From Octopus bimaculoides (Eukaryota): DNA of 54,167 bases. The position numbers and the translations under genes were made by a program. Numbering within the stretch: the stretch's first letter is position 1; each line of letters begins with the position of its first letter. The notes under the pieces were generated by a model, which saw nothing but the letters and a program-made list of their open reading frames with translations, searched no databases and was not told the DNA's origin. Location: contig NC_069001.1 of the NCBI RefSeq assembly GCF_001194135.2, positions 23,194,576 to 23,248,742 on the forward strand. The letters are read 5' to 3'. Shown here in pieces: positions 1 through 10,925 of this stretch.

Positions 1-472
1 TTTTCATGCCACCAGCATAGGGGCCAGTCAGGCAATGATCATGCTCGAATGATGCTTTTAACGTGCCACTGGCACAGGTGCCAATCAGGCTGTACTGTCG
101 TCGGCCATGACAACAATCTCACTTGCCTCAACAGGTCTTCACAAGCACAGATGATTGCCCAATGATTGAAGAGTACTCTTAAATGGGCTGGTTATGCTGT
201 ACCGGCATAGGCCACGGTTATGGTCTCAATTGGCTTGCCACGTCTTCTCAAGCACAGCATATCTCCAAAGGTCTCAGTCACTTGTCATTGCCTCGGTGAG
301 GCCCAATGTTCGAAGGTTGTGCTTCACCACCTCATCCCAGGTATTCCTGGGTTTACCTCTTCCATAGGTTCCCACTACTGTTAGGATGTGACACTTTTTT
401 ACACAGCTGTCCTCATCCATTTGCAACACATGACCACACCAGTGCAGTCATCTCTCTTGTACGTGTGAGCAT
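1..472 (-). mobile_element. RTE-clade LINE 3' fragment (ORF C-terminus plus 3' UTR), degenerate
   Basis: Reverse strand ~470-230 translates ER*LHWCGHVLQMDEDSCVKKCHILTVVGTYGRGKPRNTWDEVVKHNLRTLGL, matching the RTE C-terminal RLRW.GHV.RM...GRPRKTW motif; contains in-frame stops. Confidence 0.8.
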
Positions 473-541
473 GCAGTAAATAGTAAATAAAAAAAACGAA
501 GGACAAACAAACGGATATTTGTCCTCATCTTGTTTGTTGTT

Positions 542-587
542 AACACAACATTTCAGCTGATATACCCTCCAGCCTTCATCAGGTGTC
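542..587 (-). ncRNA. Minimal type-I hammerhead ribozyme motif, partly decayed
   Basis: GACAC-CTGATGA-A-GGCTG(loop)CAGCT-GAAA-TG-TT-GTGTT: stem I GACAC/GTGTT, canonical core, near-palindromic stem III AUGU. Confidence 0.6.
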
Positions 588-634
588 TTGGGGAAATTTT
601 AAACTTGGGTTCTCATTTCTAAGGTATTTTTCGA

Positions 635-668
<34 letters not shown>

Positions 669-671
<3 letters not shown>

Positions 672-738
672 ATCACTGCCTGGAATCGAACTCGGAATCT
701 TGGGGTTAGTAGCCTGTGCTCTTAGCCACTACGCCCAC
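669..738 (-). promoter_or_regulatory. tRNA-derived Pol III head (A-box/B-box-like) of a SINE-like unit
   Basis: Reverse reads gggcgtagtggctaagagcacaggctactaaccccaagattccgagttcgattcc: A-box-like TAGTGGCTAAG and B-box GAGTTCGATTCC. Confidence 0.6.
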
Positions 739-872
739 GAGCATATGGCGCTGGCTACTAACCCCAAGATTCCATGTTCAATTCCAGGCAGTGACCTGAA
801 TAATAATAATAATAATAATAATAACATCAAAAATACCTTAGGAATGAGAACCCAGGTTCGAAATTTCCCCAA

Positions 873-916
873 GACATCTGATGAAGGCTGGAGGGTATAT
901 CAGCCGAAACATTGTT
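873..916 (+). ncRNA. Minimal type-I hammerhead ribozyme motif, partly decayed
   Basis: GACAT-CTGATGA-A-GGCTG(gagggtatat)CAGCC-GAAA-CA-TT-GTT; ACAT plausibly from palindromic ACGT by CpG decay. Confidence 0.6.
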
Positions 917-2076
917 AACAACAAACGAGATGAGGAAAAGTATCTGTCAAATGTAAATAATGTAAATAATGAAAAGTACTGGTGTTAATTTGTTCAAGCA
1001 AACCCCTTCAAGGCAATGTTCCAGCAAAGCTGCAAAGTAGTGGCTCAAACAAATACAAGATTTATCTCTCACACATGTTTTAAGTGGTACATGTCATACC
1101 TTTTGTCATTACAACACAAAAATTCAACATAGACATAGTATTTGCACAAATAATGGTGAGTCAGTTACCCAGTTGTTTTACCCTCACAAATATTTCCTCT
1201 CTGTTCATGTGTTGCAATATTTAATTCTCGCCTGTTTGCTGTCNNNNNNNNNNNNNNNNNNNNNNNNNNNNNNNNNNNNNNNNNNNNNNNNNNNNNNNNN
1301 NNNNNNNNNNNNNNNNNNNNNNNNNNNNNNNNNNNNNNNNNNNNNNNNNNNNNNNNNNNNNNNNNNNNNNNNNNNNNNNNNNNNNNNNNNNNNNNNNNNN
1401 NNNNNNNNNNNNNNNNNNNNNNNNNNNNNNNNNNNNNNNNNNNNNNNNNNNNNNNNNNNNNNNNNNNNNNNNNNNNNNNNNNNNNNNNNNNNNNNNNNNN
1501 NNNNNNNNNNNNNNNNNNNNNNNNNNNNNNNNNNNNNNNNNNNNNNNNNNNNNNNNNNNNNNNNNNNNNNNNNNNNNNNNNNNNNNNNNNNNNNNNNNNN
1601 NNNNNNNNNNNNNNNNNNNNNNNNNNNNNNNNNNNNNNNNNNNNNNNNNNNNNNNNNNNNNNNNNNNNNNNNNNNNNNNNNNNNNNNNNNNNNNNNNNNN
1701 NNNNNNNNNNNNNNNNNNNNNNNNNNNNNNNNNNNNNNNNNNNNNGCATCCTCATCAAGTTTATTAATTTCGCTTTTGCTGAATATTACTGAATTAAATA
1801 CAAAGCAGGGTTTTTAAATCGTTGCAATTGTTGGAGGCATTCCTTTTGAAGTTACATTTTGAACCACTGCATAGACAAGGTTTGGGGCTTTCTTATTCAT
1901 GAGACATGAATTCAGATATGCTGTATTCAAATATATAAGCTCAGGCATGGCTGTGTGGTTAAGGAGGTTGTTTCTCAATTGCATGGCTATTGAGTTCAGT
2001 CCCACTGAACTCAATCTGTTATTATATGTCTGTTTTTTTATAAACGCAAATCTGTCCTCAAATATCTTATACATCT

Positions 2077-2120
<44 letters not shown>

Positions 2121-2639
2121 NNNNNNNNNNNNNNNNNNNNNNNNNNNNNNNNNNNNNNNNNNNNNNNNNNNNNNNNNNNNNNNNNNNNNNNNNNNNNNNN
2201 NNNNNNNNNNNNNNNNNNNNNNNNNNNNNNNNNNNNNNNNNNNNNNNNNNNNNNNNNNNNNNNNNNNNNNNNNNNNNNNNNNNNNNNNNNNNNNNNNNNN
2301 NNNNNNNNNNNNNNNNNNNNNNNNNNNNNNNNNNNNNNNNNNNNNNNNNNNNNNNNNNNNNNNNNNNNNNNNNNNNNNNNNNNNNNNNNNNNNNNNNNNN
2401 NNNNNNNNNNNNNNNNNNNNNNNNNNNNNNNNNNNNNNNNNNNNNNNNNNNNNNNNNNNNNNNNNNNNNNNNNNNNNNNNNNNNNNNNNNNNNNNNNNNN
2501 NNNNNNNNNNNNNNNNNNNNNNNNNNNNNNNNNNNNNNNNNNNNNNNNNNNNNNNNNNNNNNNNNNNNNNNNNNNNNNNNNNNNNNNNNNNNNNNNNNNN
2601 NNNNNNNNNNTATATATGTATGTATATATATGTTATATG

Positions 2640-2772
2640 TATATGATGGGTTTCCACAAAGTTTCCGTCTATCAAATTCACTCACAAGGCATTTGTATAG
2701 TAGCAGATACTTGTCCAAAATTTGGTGCCGTGAGGCTGCAAAACAAGCTTCGCAGTCACAAAGCCATTCCTA
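2640..2772 (-). mobile_element. tRNA-derived SINE family A, degenerate head fragment
   Basis: gtttccgtctatcaaattcactcacaaggc...agatacttgtcc matches fuller copies at 3431-3826 and 18051-18463. Confidence 0.6.
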
Positions 2773-2894
2773 TTCATCAAATAAATAAATAAAATGATCT
2801 AAAGAAAATGGCTTGAATCAATCTCTAATTTTTATAGTTTGTGCCACTTCAAATGCATGAGTTAAAGAAGTTTCCTAATTAGAAGCTGAAGCTT

Positions 2895-3135
2895 ATATCA
2901 CATTCGTCACCATAATCATCATCATCATCATCATAATCCTCATCGCCACCACCATCTTCACCATCACCATCATCATCTTCATCAACACCATCATCACCAT
3001 GGCAATCATCATCATCACCACTATCATCATCATCTTTGCCATCACCACCACTGCCACCATCATCATCATCATCACCACCACCACAACCACCACCACCACC
3101 ATCACCATTGTCACCATCATAATCCTCATCATGAC
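2895..3135. repeat. Compound (CAT/CAC)n microsatellite
   Basis: About 240 bp of imperfect cat/cac triplets. Confidence 0.95.
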
Positions 3136-3224
3136 ATGCAAGTGGTATGCAAGTGACTGGGATCACAACATTAACCCTGGGCATGGAGCTGGCTTGTTGC
3201 AAGGTCCAAAGCCAGCAATTCTAA

Positions 3225-3395
3225 GATGAGAGCACTTTAGTGAATTGCATTAACTCCAGTGCTTGGCTGGTCCTTTATTTGATCGGCCCTAAACGGATGC
3301 AAAGCAAGGTTAAGCTTGCTAGGATTTGAACTCAGGATGCCAAGAGCCAGAAGATAGGCCCCTAAGCATCTCATCTGATCTGCTAACCATTCTCA
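3225..3395 (-). mobile_element. tRNA-derived SINE family C, degenerate
   Basis: ggatttgaactcagg B-box complement and body resembling copies at 41150-41345 and 48435-48660. Confidence 0.5.
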
Positions 3396-3430
3396 CACCT
3401 CACCACCTCTTATATATACTGAGGATGAAA

Positions 3431-3634
3431 TTCTTTATTCTTTCACTTGTTTCAGTCATTAGACTGAGGCCATGCTGGGGCATCGCCTTGAAGAATTTTT
3501 AGTTGAATGTATCAACCCAAGTGCTTATTTTATTCTATAGTCTCTTAAGCTGAACTACTATGTTACAGGGATGTAAACACACCGACACCGGTTGTCAAGC
3601 AGTGGTTGGAGGACAAACACAGACACAAAGACAC

Positions 3635-3683
<49 letters not shown>

Positions 3684-3826
3684 ACAGACTTCCCTCAGTT
3701 TCTATCTACCAAATCCGCTCACAAGGCTTTGGTTGGCCTGAGACTATAGTAGAAGACACTTGCCCAAGGTGCCATATAGTGGGACTGAACCCCAAACTAA
3801 GTGGTTGGGAAGCATGTCTGTGCCTA
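3431..3826 (-). mobile_element. tRNA-derived SINE family A, near full length with internal (CA)n
   Basis: Head gggactgaacc/gacacttgcccaaggtgcc, (CA)n centre, tail cttgtttcagtcatt; many copies in the window. Confidence 0.85.
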
Positions 3827-3984
3827 TTGTCTAATATGTTTTTATAGTTCTTTTATTAATTGCATTATGCAGCCAAAACCAAAGTCTTAAAGGAGTATGT
3901 GTCTTTTCCAAGTTAAGATGATGTTTCTTAAATTGAAATAAGCATGAAGTGTGATTTTAGGAGAGATTTCTTCTCTTTAACATC

Positions 3985-4490
3985 TGTTTTCCATGCCAGC
4001 ATGGGTTGGACGGTTTGACTGGGGCTGGTAAGCTGGAGAGCTGCACCAGGTTCCAGTCTGATTTGGCCCAGTTTCCATGACTGGAATGCCCTTCCTAATG
4101 CCAAAGTGAGAGCTAATATTGAGTTTAGGGAAAGATTTAGCATAGTGGTAGATGTGCATCACTGTTCCTTTTCCTAATCCCTATTGTTTGTTATTATTCG
4201 CCAGCGATAATCAGAGAAAAATTCCAACAGAGATATCATCATAATCATCATCATCATCATTTAAAGTCTGTTTTCCATGCTGGCATGGGTTGGATGGTTT
4301 GACAGAAGCTGACAAACTGAAGAGCTACCCCGGGTTCCAGTCCGATTGATTTTAGTTTCTATGGCTGGATGTCCTTCCTAACATCAACCACTTTGCAGAG
4401 TGTGCTGGGTGCTTTTAATGTGGTACCAGCATGGGCGTTTTTACATGGCACTAGCATGAGTGCTTTTTACTTAACACCACACAGGACTCT
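3985..4490 (-). mobile_element. Two RTE-tail repeats (3985-4110, 4245-4490)
   Basis: (cat)n-tttaa...ttttccatgctggcatgggttgga...tggctggatgcccttcctaa motif shared with 25645-26050. Confidence 0.75.
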
Positions 4491-5803
4491 TGCAGGCCAA
4501 TTTTCTTCAGCCAGAGGATGCAGCCTTAGCTGGTCAATCAATTCCAATCATGTAGAAGTACCGTCATTGGCTCAGGATATTTCAGCTGTGGCATATGGTT
4601 GGTTCCCATTCTAATAATTTCTTCTGTTGAGGCAAACAGGAAGCAGGACAAGATAATAGCACCTCGATCACATTTAAGATTTCTGAACTTTTGTTTCAGA
4701 TTGATTTCTTCATAGTCTGGAATATTAGAGTTTTGTAGAATACTTATTGAATAATCTCAATTGTCTAAGGTGAAATCCCTCCTGAAGTAAATTTAGTAAA
4801 GGCAAAAAAGTTGGCTTAATTCTCTATTGAATATCTTCCAAAATCCAGCCAAGTCACAAATGGCAAATTGATTGGAATGTTGACCAGCTGTTACATTATT
4901 TTGTAATCTGATAAGAATGAGTTGAGAGAGAAAGAGAAGACAGAAAAGCGAAAGTCAGTGCCAAAGAAAATAGCTAAGATTTGCAAATATAAAATTCTAT
5001 AATGGTTGAATATCAGAATTTAATTTCATACATTCAGTTTTTACTTTCTGCTTTGTTTTTTCTTTCCATTTAAATGCAATTTGTTGTGATTGCCAGTTTA
5101 AGACTACATACAAAAAGTGTAAAAACCATTTGCTGGTATGCCCCAATAATGATGCATACATAAGTTAAATTCAATCATGAATTAAAAGCAGCACTAGTGT
5201 TGTAAATATTATTGACCAAATATACTCAATATATGTGTTCTGTTTGTTTGCTGAAATGCAGCAGTTTATCTGTCTAAAATAAATGCTGCCAGGGTTGGAA
5301 TGAGATTAAATGCTTGATGCTTCTGCCCCAGCATGGCCATCGTCAAATGGCTTAAAACAGTAAAAGAGTAGACTCTAACTTCATTCTTAGATGCAAGAAT
5401 ACATCCAGTAGCAACATCAGGAGATTGCTGGACAAAACCACTTACAAAATGTGGTCCTCTATGTCTTTTTACATTGTGAACCCAAGCCCCAGCAAAGTTG
5501 ATTTTTGCCATTCATCTAGGGCTGATAAGGTAGTGCCACTCAAGTATTGATGTCCAACCTTAAATTTAGCACCTTTATGCCTACATTGGAATGCTATTGA
5601 GAGATAAAGGTGGAGGTTTGTGTAATTTTCATTGACAATATAGAGAAGCGAACTTCCACCTACCTTTACACAAATCACCTATGAATGCCCCTACTTCTCT
5701 GACACAAGCTTCCAAAGAATAAAAAAGTTTTGAATGGTACAACAATGCACTATAATACAAAAAATGGACTATATATTTGTTGTAATTTAGTTATCTGTGG
5801 TCC

Positions 5804-5838
5804 GATGATATTTCGGAATACAATTCCTTCTTCAGATC
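5804..5838 (-). ncRNA. Minimal type-I hammerhead ribozyme with canonical core, in a PLE-like terminal repeat (~5740-6060)
   Basis: GAT-CTGAAGA-A-GGAA(ttgta)TTCC-GAAA-TA-TC-ATC: stem I GAT/ATC, stem II GGAA/TTCC, palindromic AUAU stem III, AUC cleavage triplet. Confidence 0.7.
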
Positions 5839-6141
5839 TTCTTAGATGGAGTCTCTGCTATAAACTGTTTTCCAACGGTTTTCTTTTTTGTCGGAAGCGT
5901 CTCAGTAGTGGTCTCATGAAGCTCGTTCCGGAATTCCTCATGAGAAGTGTGTGAGGTCGACTATGTTTCAATCTCATGTATGTTGGTATATCTGTAGCGC
6001 TGCTTCTAAGTTATGTGTTATACGTGCAGCTTCTCATTTTTTTTTTTTTTGTTATAAACAATACATGAGCATTTTATTAAGAATGAACCTACGCGCGTCC
6101 AGATGTAGCTAAATAATATACTGATTACCAAGCTTCCAGTT

Positions 6142-6370
6142 TTACCCCCTTAGCATTCAGATTACTTTGTCAATTGTAATACATATTTATTCACATTGTT
6201 CTGAATTAATCACGTATTATCTTGTAGCTTTGAGATTTCAGTGATGTAATTGTTTATTTTTAGAATGACATTGTAGAGTAGGTGCGAGAGACTGGATCTA
6301 GTCAGCTTGCATGTAAAACAGGTAGAATATTTTGAGTTGGATGTGGCTGGTTTAAATGTTAAAAGGTTGA
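6142..6370. mobile_element. TTAA/piggyBac-type MITE (~230 bp)
   Basis: Ends tttacccccttagcatt...aatgttaaaaggttga approximate TTAACCCTTTAGCAT inverted termini; second copy at 12770-12984 and end fragments at 44587-45027. Confidence 0.7.
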
Positions 6371-7087
6371 TCTACATTAAAACCTTCCCTCATAATTTAT
6401 GTTTAATTAAGTTTCAAACACCACATAAATAATGTGGTATTTTAGTATTTTAGCTAATTCTTCATTATTTTCAAAATTAATTTAAACAAAGTATATTTCA
6501 AAATGTAAACAGATTAACAAAAAAGGATTAATACTAACAGGAGAGTGAACCAGTGTTAACAATCTCCTAGTAATAATATTAACAGTAACTGCTGTCTTTG
6601 TTGTATGTACGATAATTATTTAAGTCCACACCAGTAATTCTAACTCTTTTGGATGTCTGTTATAACTGTGTATCGTGACTCACTTACATTATCCAAGCAA
6701 CACATCATAAAAACTGTTCTTTACATCAAACTGGTAATCAACTTAAATAGTCTTCATCATGTGCAAGCATGCAAGAGCCTACATAACAAAAACAGAACGA
6801 CTTGAGTGCACTAATGATATCACAGACTGGGTAGTTAGTGTGAAGATTATCATATCTACTAGAAATAGATTTCAAGAATTTTATGAAAAACAGAGTAATT
6901 AGGTAATCCAGACAATATAAGAAGATTTTCAAAACGTAGTAGTGTTATACAGTGTGTATAAGATATTAATGCACATTAATTATTATTTAGTATCAATATC
7001 AAAAGCCAATGGTGATGTAAGTTAGTTACCACAACGGTTTTATCACTATTGCTCTGATGTGTTACTGATAAAGTTAACTGTAGTTAC

Positions 7088-7248
7088 CTTCTTATCACTA
7101 GTGCTGTGATGTATTTCTGAAAAAGACACTGTCCTCTCAATGAGGTGATTCACAAGATCATAAATACGATGCTGTTTGATGTATTCTAACCCCCAGATCA
7201 AACCTGTTCCTGTACAATTATACCAAAGACAATTATATGAAAGACAAC
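7088..7248 (-). CDS. Candidate internal exon of an unidentified gene
   Basis: Acceptor caactag (or tgtacag at 7210), donor AAG|gtaact; open frame CLSYNCLWYNCTGTGLIWGLEYIKQHRIYDLVNHLIERTVSFSEIHHSTSDKK. Confidence 0.3.
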
Positions 7249-7419
7249 CTAGTTGTAACCAAGGTGTCCTTGTTTCATGCCCAGCATGTCACAGACTGCA
7301 TTATCCAAAGTGCCCATCCTTTTTATATGTGGTTGGGTGGAGGTCATACGAAGGAGAGCTCTTGACTCTTTTGGGGCTAAGAGACTCTGCAGTGTACACA
7401 GCCTCTCTCCTATCTGTCT

Positions 7420-9949
7420 TTATCTTCTATCTTTTATTCGTTTCAGTCATTTGACTGCTGCCATGCTGGAGCACCTCTTTGAAGAATTTTAGTCAAACTT
7501 AGTGACCCCAGTACTTATTATTTCTTTTTGTTTTTTTGCAAAACCTGGTACTTATTTATCGGTCTCTTTTGCCAAACTGCTAAGTTACATAGACGTAAGC
7601 ACACCAGCACCAGTTATCAAGCAATGGTTAGACAGACAGACAGACACACACACACACACACATATAATATGGGCTTCTTTCAGTTTCAATCTACCAAATT
7701 CACTCACTAGGCTTTGGTCAGCCTAAGGCTATAGTAGAAAATACTCTCCCATGGTGCCATGCAGTGGGACTGAACCTGGAACCATGTAGTTTGGAAGCAA
7801 GCTTCTTTATTTCATATAAATTCGCCATTGGGTGCGTTACAAAGAGGGGACAAACAAGGACAGACAAACAAAAGGGGAAAGAAGCTTAAACGTTTTTTTA
7901 AAAATTTTACAAGTTACGAATAAATTAAAATATGATTAAAAATTGATTTAAAAATTAATTTTAAAATATTACACAAGAAATCATTGCGCTTCGCAATGAG
8001 GCAGCTAGAAGGAAGGCACCCGACCATCCTGGTAGAACCTTTGCTTCCCTGATTGACCTCACTTATTTGGTGCCACTCTGACTCAGCTTGCGTTCCACAG
8101 ACTTCCATCTTTTCTTAAACATATCCCGTGACAGGCACTTTCTCTCCAGCCTGATCTTACTATTGAGGTGGTAACTAAAAAAAGTTAACCAACCCCTGGC
8201 CGGAGACAAAGGTACCTGTCACTATGCCTTTCACATGCGTCTTCCATACTGTTTCTTTCAGTGTGGCTACTACGCAGAAAAAACAGGCTTTCCTTTCCCT
8301 GTTAAGGAAAGGAGGTGGTACAGTCTCGATGATAGACTAAGCTGATAGCTGTACTCTTCGTATCACTGACAACAGTTGTTCTGCAAAGGCTATCAGTCCC
8401 GACAACTCCGAACACTCCACAAATGCATGCAAGACGGTTTCCATATCCTGCCCACATCTCGGGCATGTCGGCGAGACGGCACTTCCGTGCCTTGACAGCT
8501 TGTCGCGAACAGGTAACGCCGCTTGGAAACATTGCCAAGACAGGGATTTCAGGTAATTATCCAGATACCCCGGCCCAAACGTTCTCCTAAACAGGCTGAC
8601 CAACTGACTTTCATTGTAGCCTAGGGCCTCCCCCAAGGCGTCTTCTGACATAGAATCCACTAACCCGCTATAAAAATCCGCGGTGGAACTCCTGCTGCCG
8701 GCATTGCCTGCCCGAGAGAGTAGCTGGCGTGCCTGGCGGCACTCCAAATGCTAGTCTCCCAGCTTAGGTCTCTGCTTAATCCATGTACCAATGTCCGTTA
8801 AGGACACTAACTTGGGGAGGAAGAACCGAACGTGCGGTGACCACACCTGTTCTCCATCCAGGTAAAGCCAGAGGTGCCNNNNNNNNNNNNNNNNNNNNNN
8901 NNNNNNNNNNNNNNNNNNNNNNNNNNNNNNNNNNNNNNNNNNNNNNNNNNNNNNNNNNNNNNNNNNNNNNNNNNNNNNNNNNNNNNNNNNNNNNNNNNNN
9001 NNNNNNNNNNNNNNNNNNNNNNNNNNNNNNNNNNNNNNNNNNNNNNNNNNNNNCAAATCGGGGCAAGGCACCACGGTCAGGCGGTAGGTAATTACTGATG
9101 CTATAAACATCTGCACCACCTCCACCCTTCCTAGCAAGGATAACGCCCGCCCAGACCAGGTCTCGGTTAGAGCGGTCACCTTGCTGATCACCTCACTCCA
9201 ATTTTTCTCTATCTGGAGGTCTGAACCTATCCAGACTCCGAGCAACTTAACAGGACCTTGCGCCCAACGCCCCACGACGTTATTGGACGCCATCGGCTTG
9301 CCCCTCCAGGTGCCGAGTTGCAAACCGACCGACTTATCCTTGTTAACCTTTGCTCCTGCCACCGCCTCATAACTTTTGATGGCCTTTTCCACCACTGGAA
9401 TCTGGCCCTCATCGGGCCATCCGTGTATGCTGTAGCTCTCCTTCCACACCATAGGTCAAGCGGAGCACCCCCTTCTGCCTCCAACCTCCGCAGCAATGGC
9501 TCCAGTGTTCGTGAAGCGCCTCACACATCTCGTCCCGTTCTTTGACTGTGCGTCCTTTTTCGATAACAAGAGACCTTATTGTGGCTTCGTTTCCACACTG
9601 GGTTTCTACGGTGCAGGCCCATCCGGCAACGTTAATTCCCTCGCAGCCCAATGCTCTCACTTTAGCCCGAACTCTACACCCCTCATGTTTGGCTTTGAGG
9701 TGACGGTCCAATGCCGTTCTCGCTGCCAGAATGTGGGATGCAGAGCCCAACCTCAGCGCCTCTTCTAAGTTCTTAACTAGCTGCCCTTCTATTCTAGTCT
9801 TATCTAGTCTTAGCTGTTTACTAAACCTAATGAACTCGAAACGAATGGCTCTTTTGAGGGCGAACCACCACCGGTTATTAACCACGGTACCAGTTAACGC
9901 CCTCTGCACTGGAAGCAAGCTTCTTACCCCATGGCCACATCTGTGCCTA
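7420..9949 (-). mobile_element. SINE family A copy split by a LINE insertion (7420-7807 and 9910-9949)
   Basis: SINE body ends at ggaagcaagcttctt 7807 and the head resumes at 9910 (tggaagcaagcttcttaccccatggccacatctgtgcc). Confidence 0.8.
7808..9909 (-). mobile_element. L1-clade (Tx1-like) LINE, 5'-truncated and internally deleted, 16-bp TSD
   Basis: ORF2 pieces: post-endonuclease linker (WWFALKRAIRFEFIRFSK), RT end (LEPLLRRLE...AYTD; YEAVAGAKVNKDKS; VKLLGVW), CCHC CPRCGQDMETVLHAFVEC. TSD tggaagcaagcttctt at 7792-7807 and 9910-9925. Confidence 0.9.
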
Positions 9950-9984
9950 TAGGGAAAACATTAAAATGTAGCCAAAATTTCCTC

Positions 9985-10150
9985 TGCTGCTTTAGCAATG
10001 ATTGGTGTCAGAGGAAGGGCATTCAGTCATTAAAACTATCCCAAAACAGAGATTGGAGTATGGTGCAGCCCTGAGACCCATAGGATCCTGTTGGACTACA
10101 TCCCATGCCAGCATAGAAGGTGGCTGCCAAAAGATGATGATGGTGATTGC
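9985..10150 (+). mobile_element. RTE-tail repeat, degenerate
   Basis: ggaagggcattcag...cccatgccagcatagaa...gatgatgat, the reverse of the motif at 4245-4490. Confidence 0.6.
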
Positions 10151-10621
10151 CCCAGATGTAAACCTGCGAAAGGAGGGCTTGCTCCACAGATCTGTGCAGT
10201 TCTAGAGCAGTCCTCAGCAACTACAGCCTGCAGGACTTTCCAAATGGCCAACCAATAGCAAATTAGCCTGAATATTTTTAATAGTCCGGTCAGCTTCATG
10301 ATAAGCAATGTTTCATGTGGCTCACTTCTCAGAGATAGTTTAGCCATGCCTTATCAAGATGGACAGTCATTGATGATAATTGTAACTTATCTCAATCCGC
10401 AATGGCTATATTCTTAATATAACACAGATGAAGGTAATGCCTGGTCAATGGGAACTTGTTAGGTGGGTCCCAGTAGATTGGGTTCTTGGTGAGGTCCATT
10501 GCAACAGAAAACATTTTCACTGTTTCAATGTTTTTGTACTGTGAAACCAAGATACTGGAAGGGAAATGCTTGTAGATCTGTACATCAGAATAAATAATCA
10601 CCTACATTGATCATAGGAAAA

Positions 10622-10925
10622 CTGTGGCCCATTTGGTGTAAGTGACCCATGTGCTGTCTGTGGACCATGTGGTATATGTGGAACATGTGCTATTTGTGGT
10701 CCATGTGGTGAATGCGGAACAAGTGCAGTGTGCGGCGCATGTGGTATATGTGGCACATTTGCTATACGTGGTCCATGTGATGTATGTGGCACATGTACTA
10801 TATGTGTCCCATGTGGTGTATGTGGACCATGTGCTAGATGTGTCCCATGTGATGTATGTGGCACTTGTACTATATGTGTCTCATGTGGTGTATGTGGCAC
10901 ATGTGCTATATGTAGCCCATGGAAC
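10622..10925. repeat. 9/18-bp tandem repeat (consensus ~catgtgGtatatgtggca), ~17 units, open in several frames
   Basis: Direct reading of units; + frame 10617-10973 gives CxxC repeats and - frame 10939-10598 gives HxxH repeats. Confidence 0.9.

Larger units (their letters stand above)
511..947. repeat. Long inverted repeat (arms ~511-719 and ~748-947, ~28-nt loop) made of two head-to-head copies of a tRNA-head/(AAT)n/hammerhead unit
   Basis: Left acggatatttgtcctcatc...agtagcctgtgc is the reverse complement of right gcgctggctact...gatgaggaaaagtatctgt, including mirrored (TTA)n/(TAA)n tracts. Confidence 0.9.

Noticed and set aside
669-738. Possible real tRNA gene
   Set aside because: No proper acceptor stem closes, and it is embedded in a duplicated repeat unit, so it is treated as a SINE head.
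2879-3229. Asp/Gly-rich, Met/Val-rich and Ile/Thr-rich ORFs
   Set aside because: All are translations of one (CAT/CAC)n microsatellite with no splice or composition support.
5266-5511. MAKINFAGAWVH resembling a FABP/lipocalin N-terminus, with a gtaagt donor
   Set aside because: Similarity is limited to five residues, the following sequence does not fit, and the ORF runs into a SINE tail.
6685-6778. Strong acceptor and GTAAGT donor pair on the minus strand
   Set aside because: All three frames contain stops; it could only be a terminal or non-coding exon.
10622-10925. CRISPR-like or metallothionein call for the periodic repeat
   Set aside because: There are no unique spacers and the context is eukaryotic; the CxxC pattern is produced by the 9-nt period, so a gene name is not justified.
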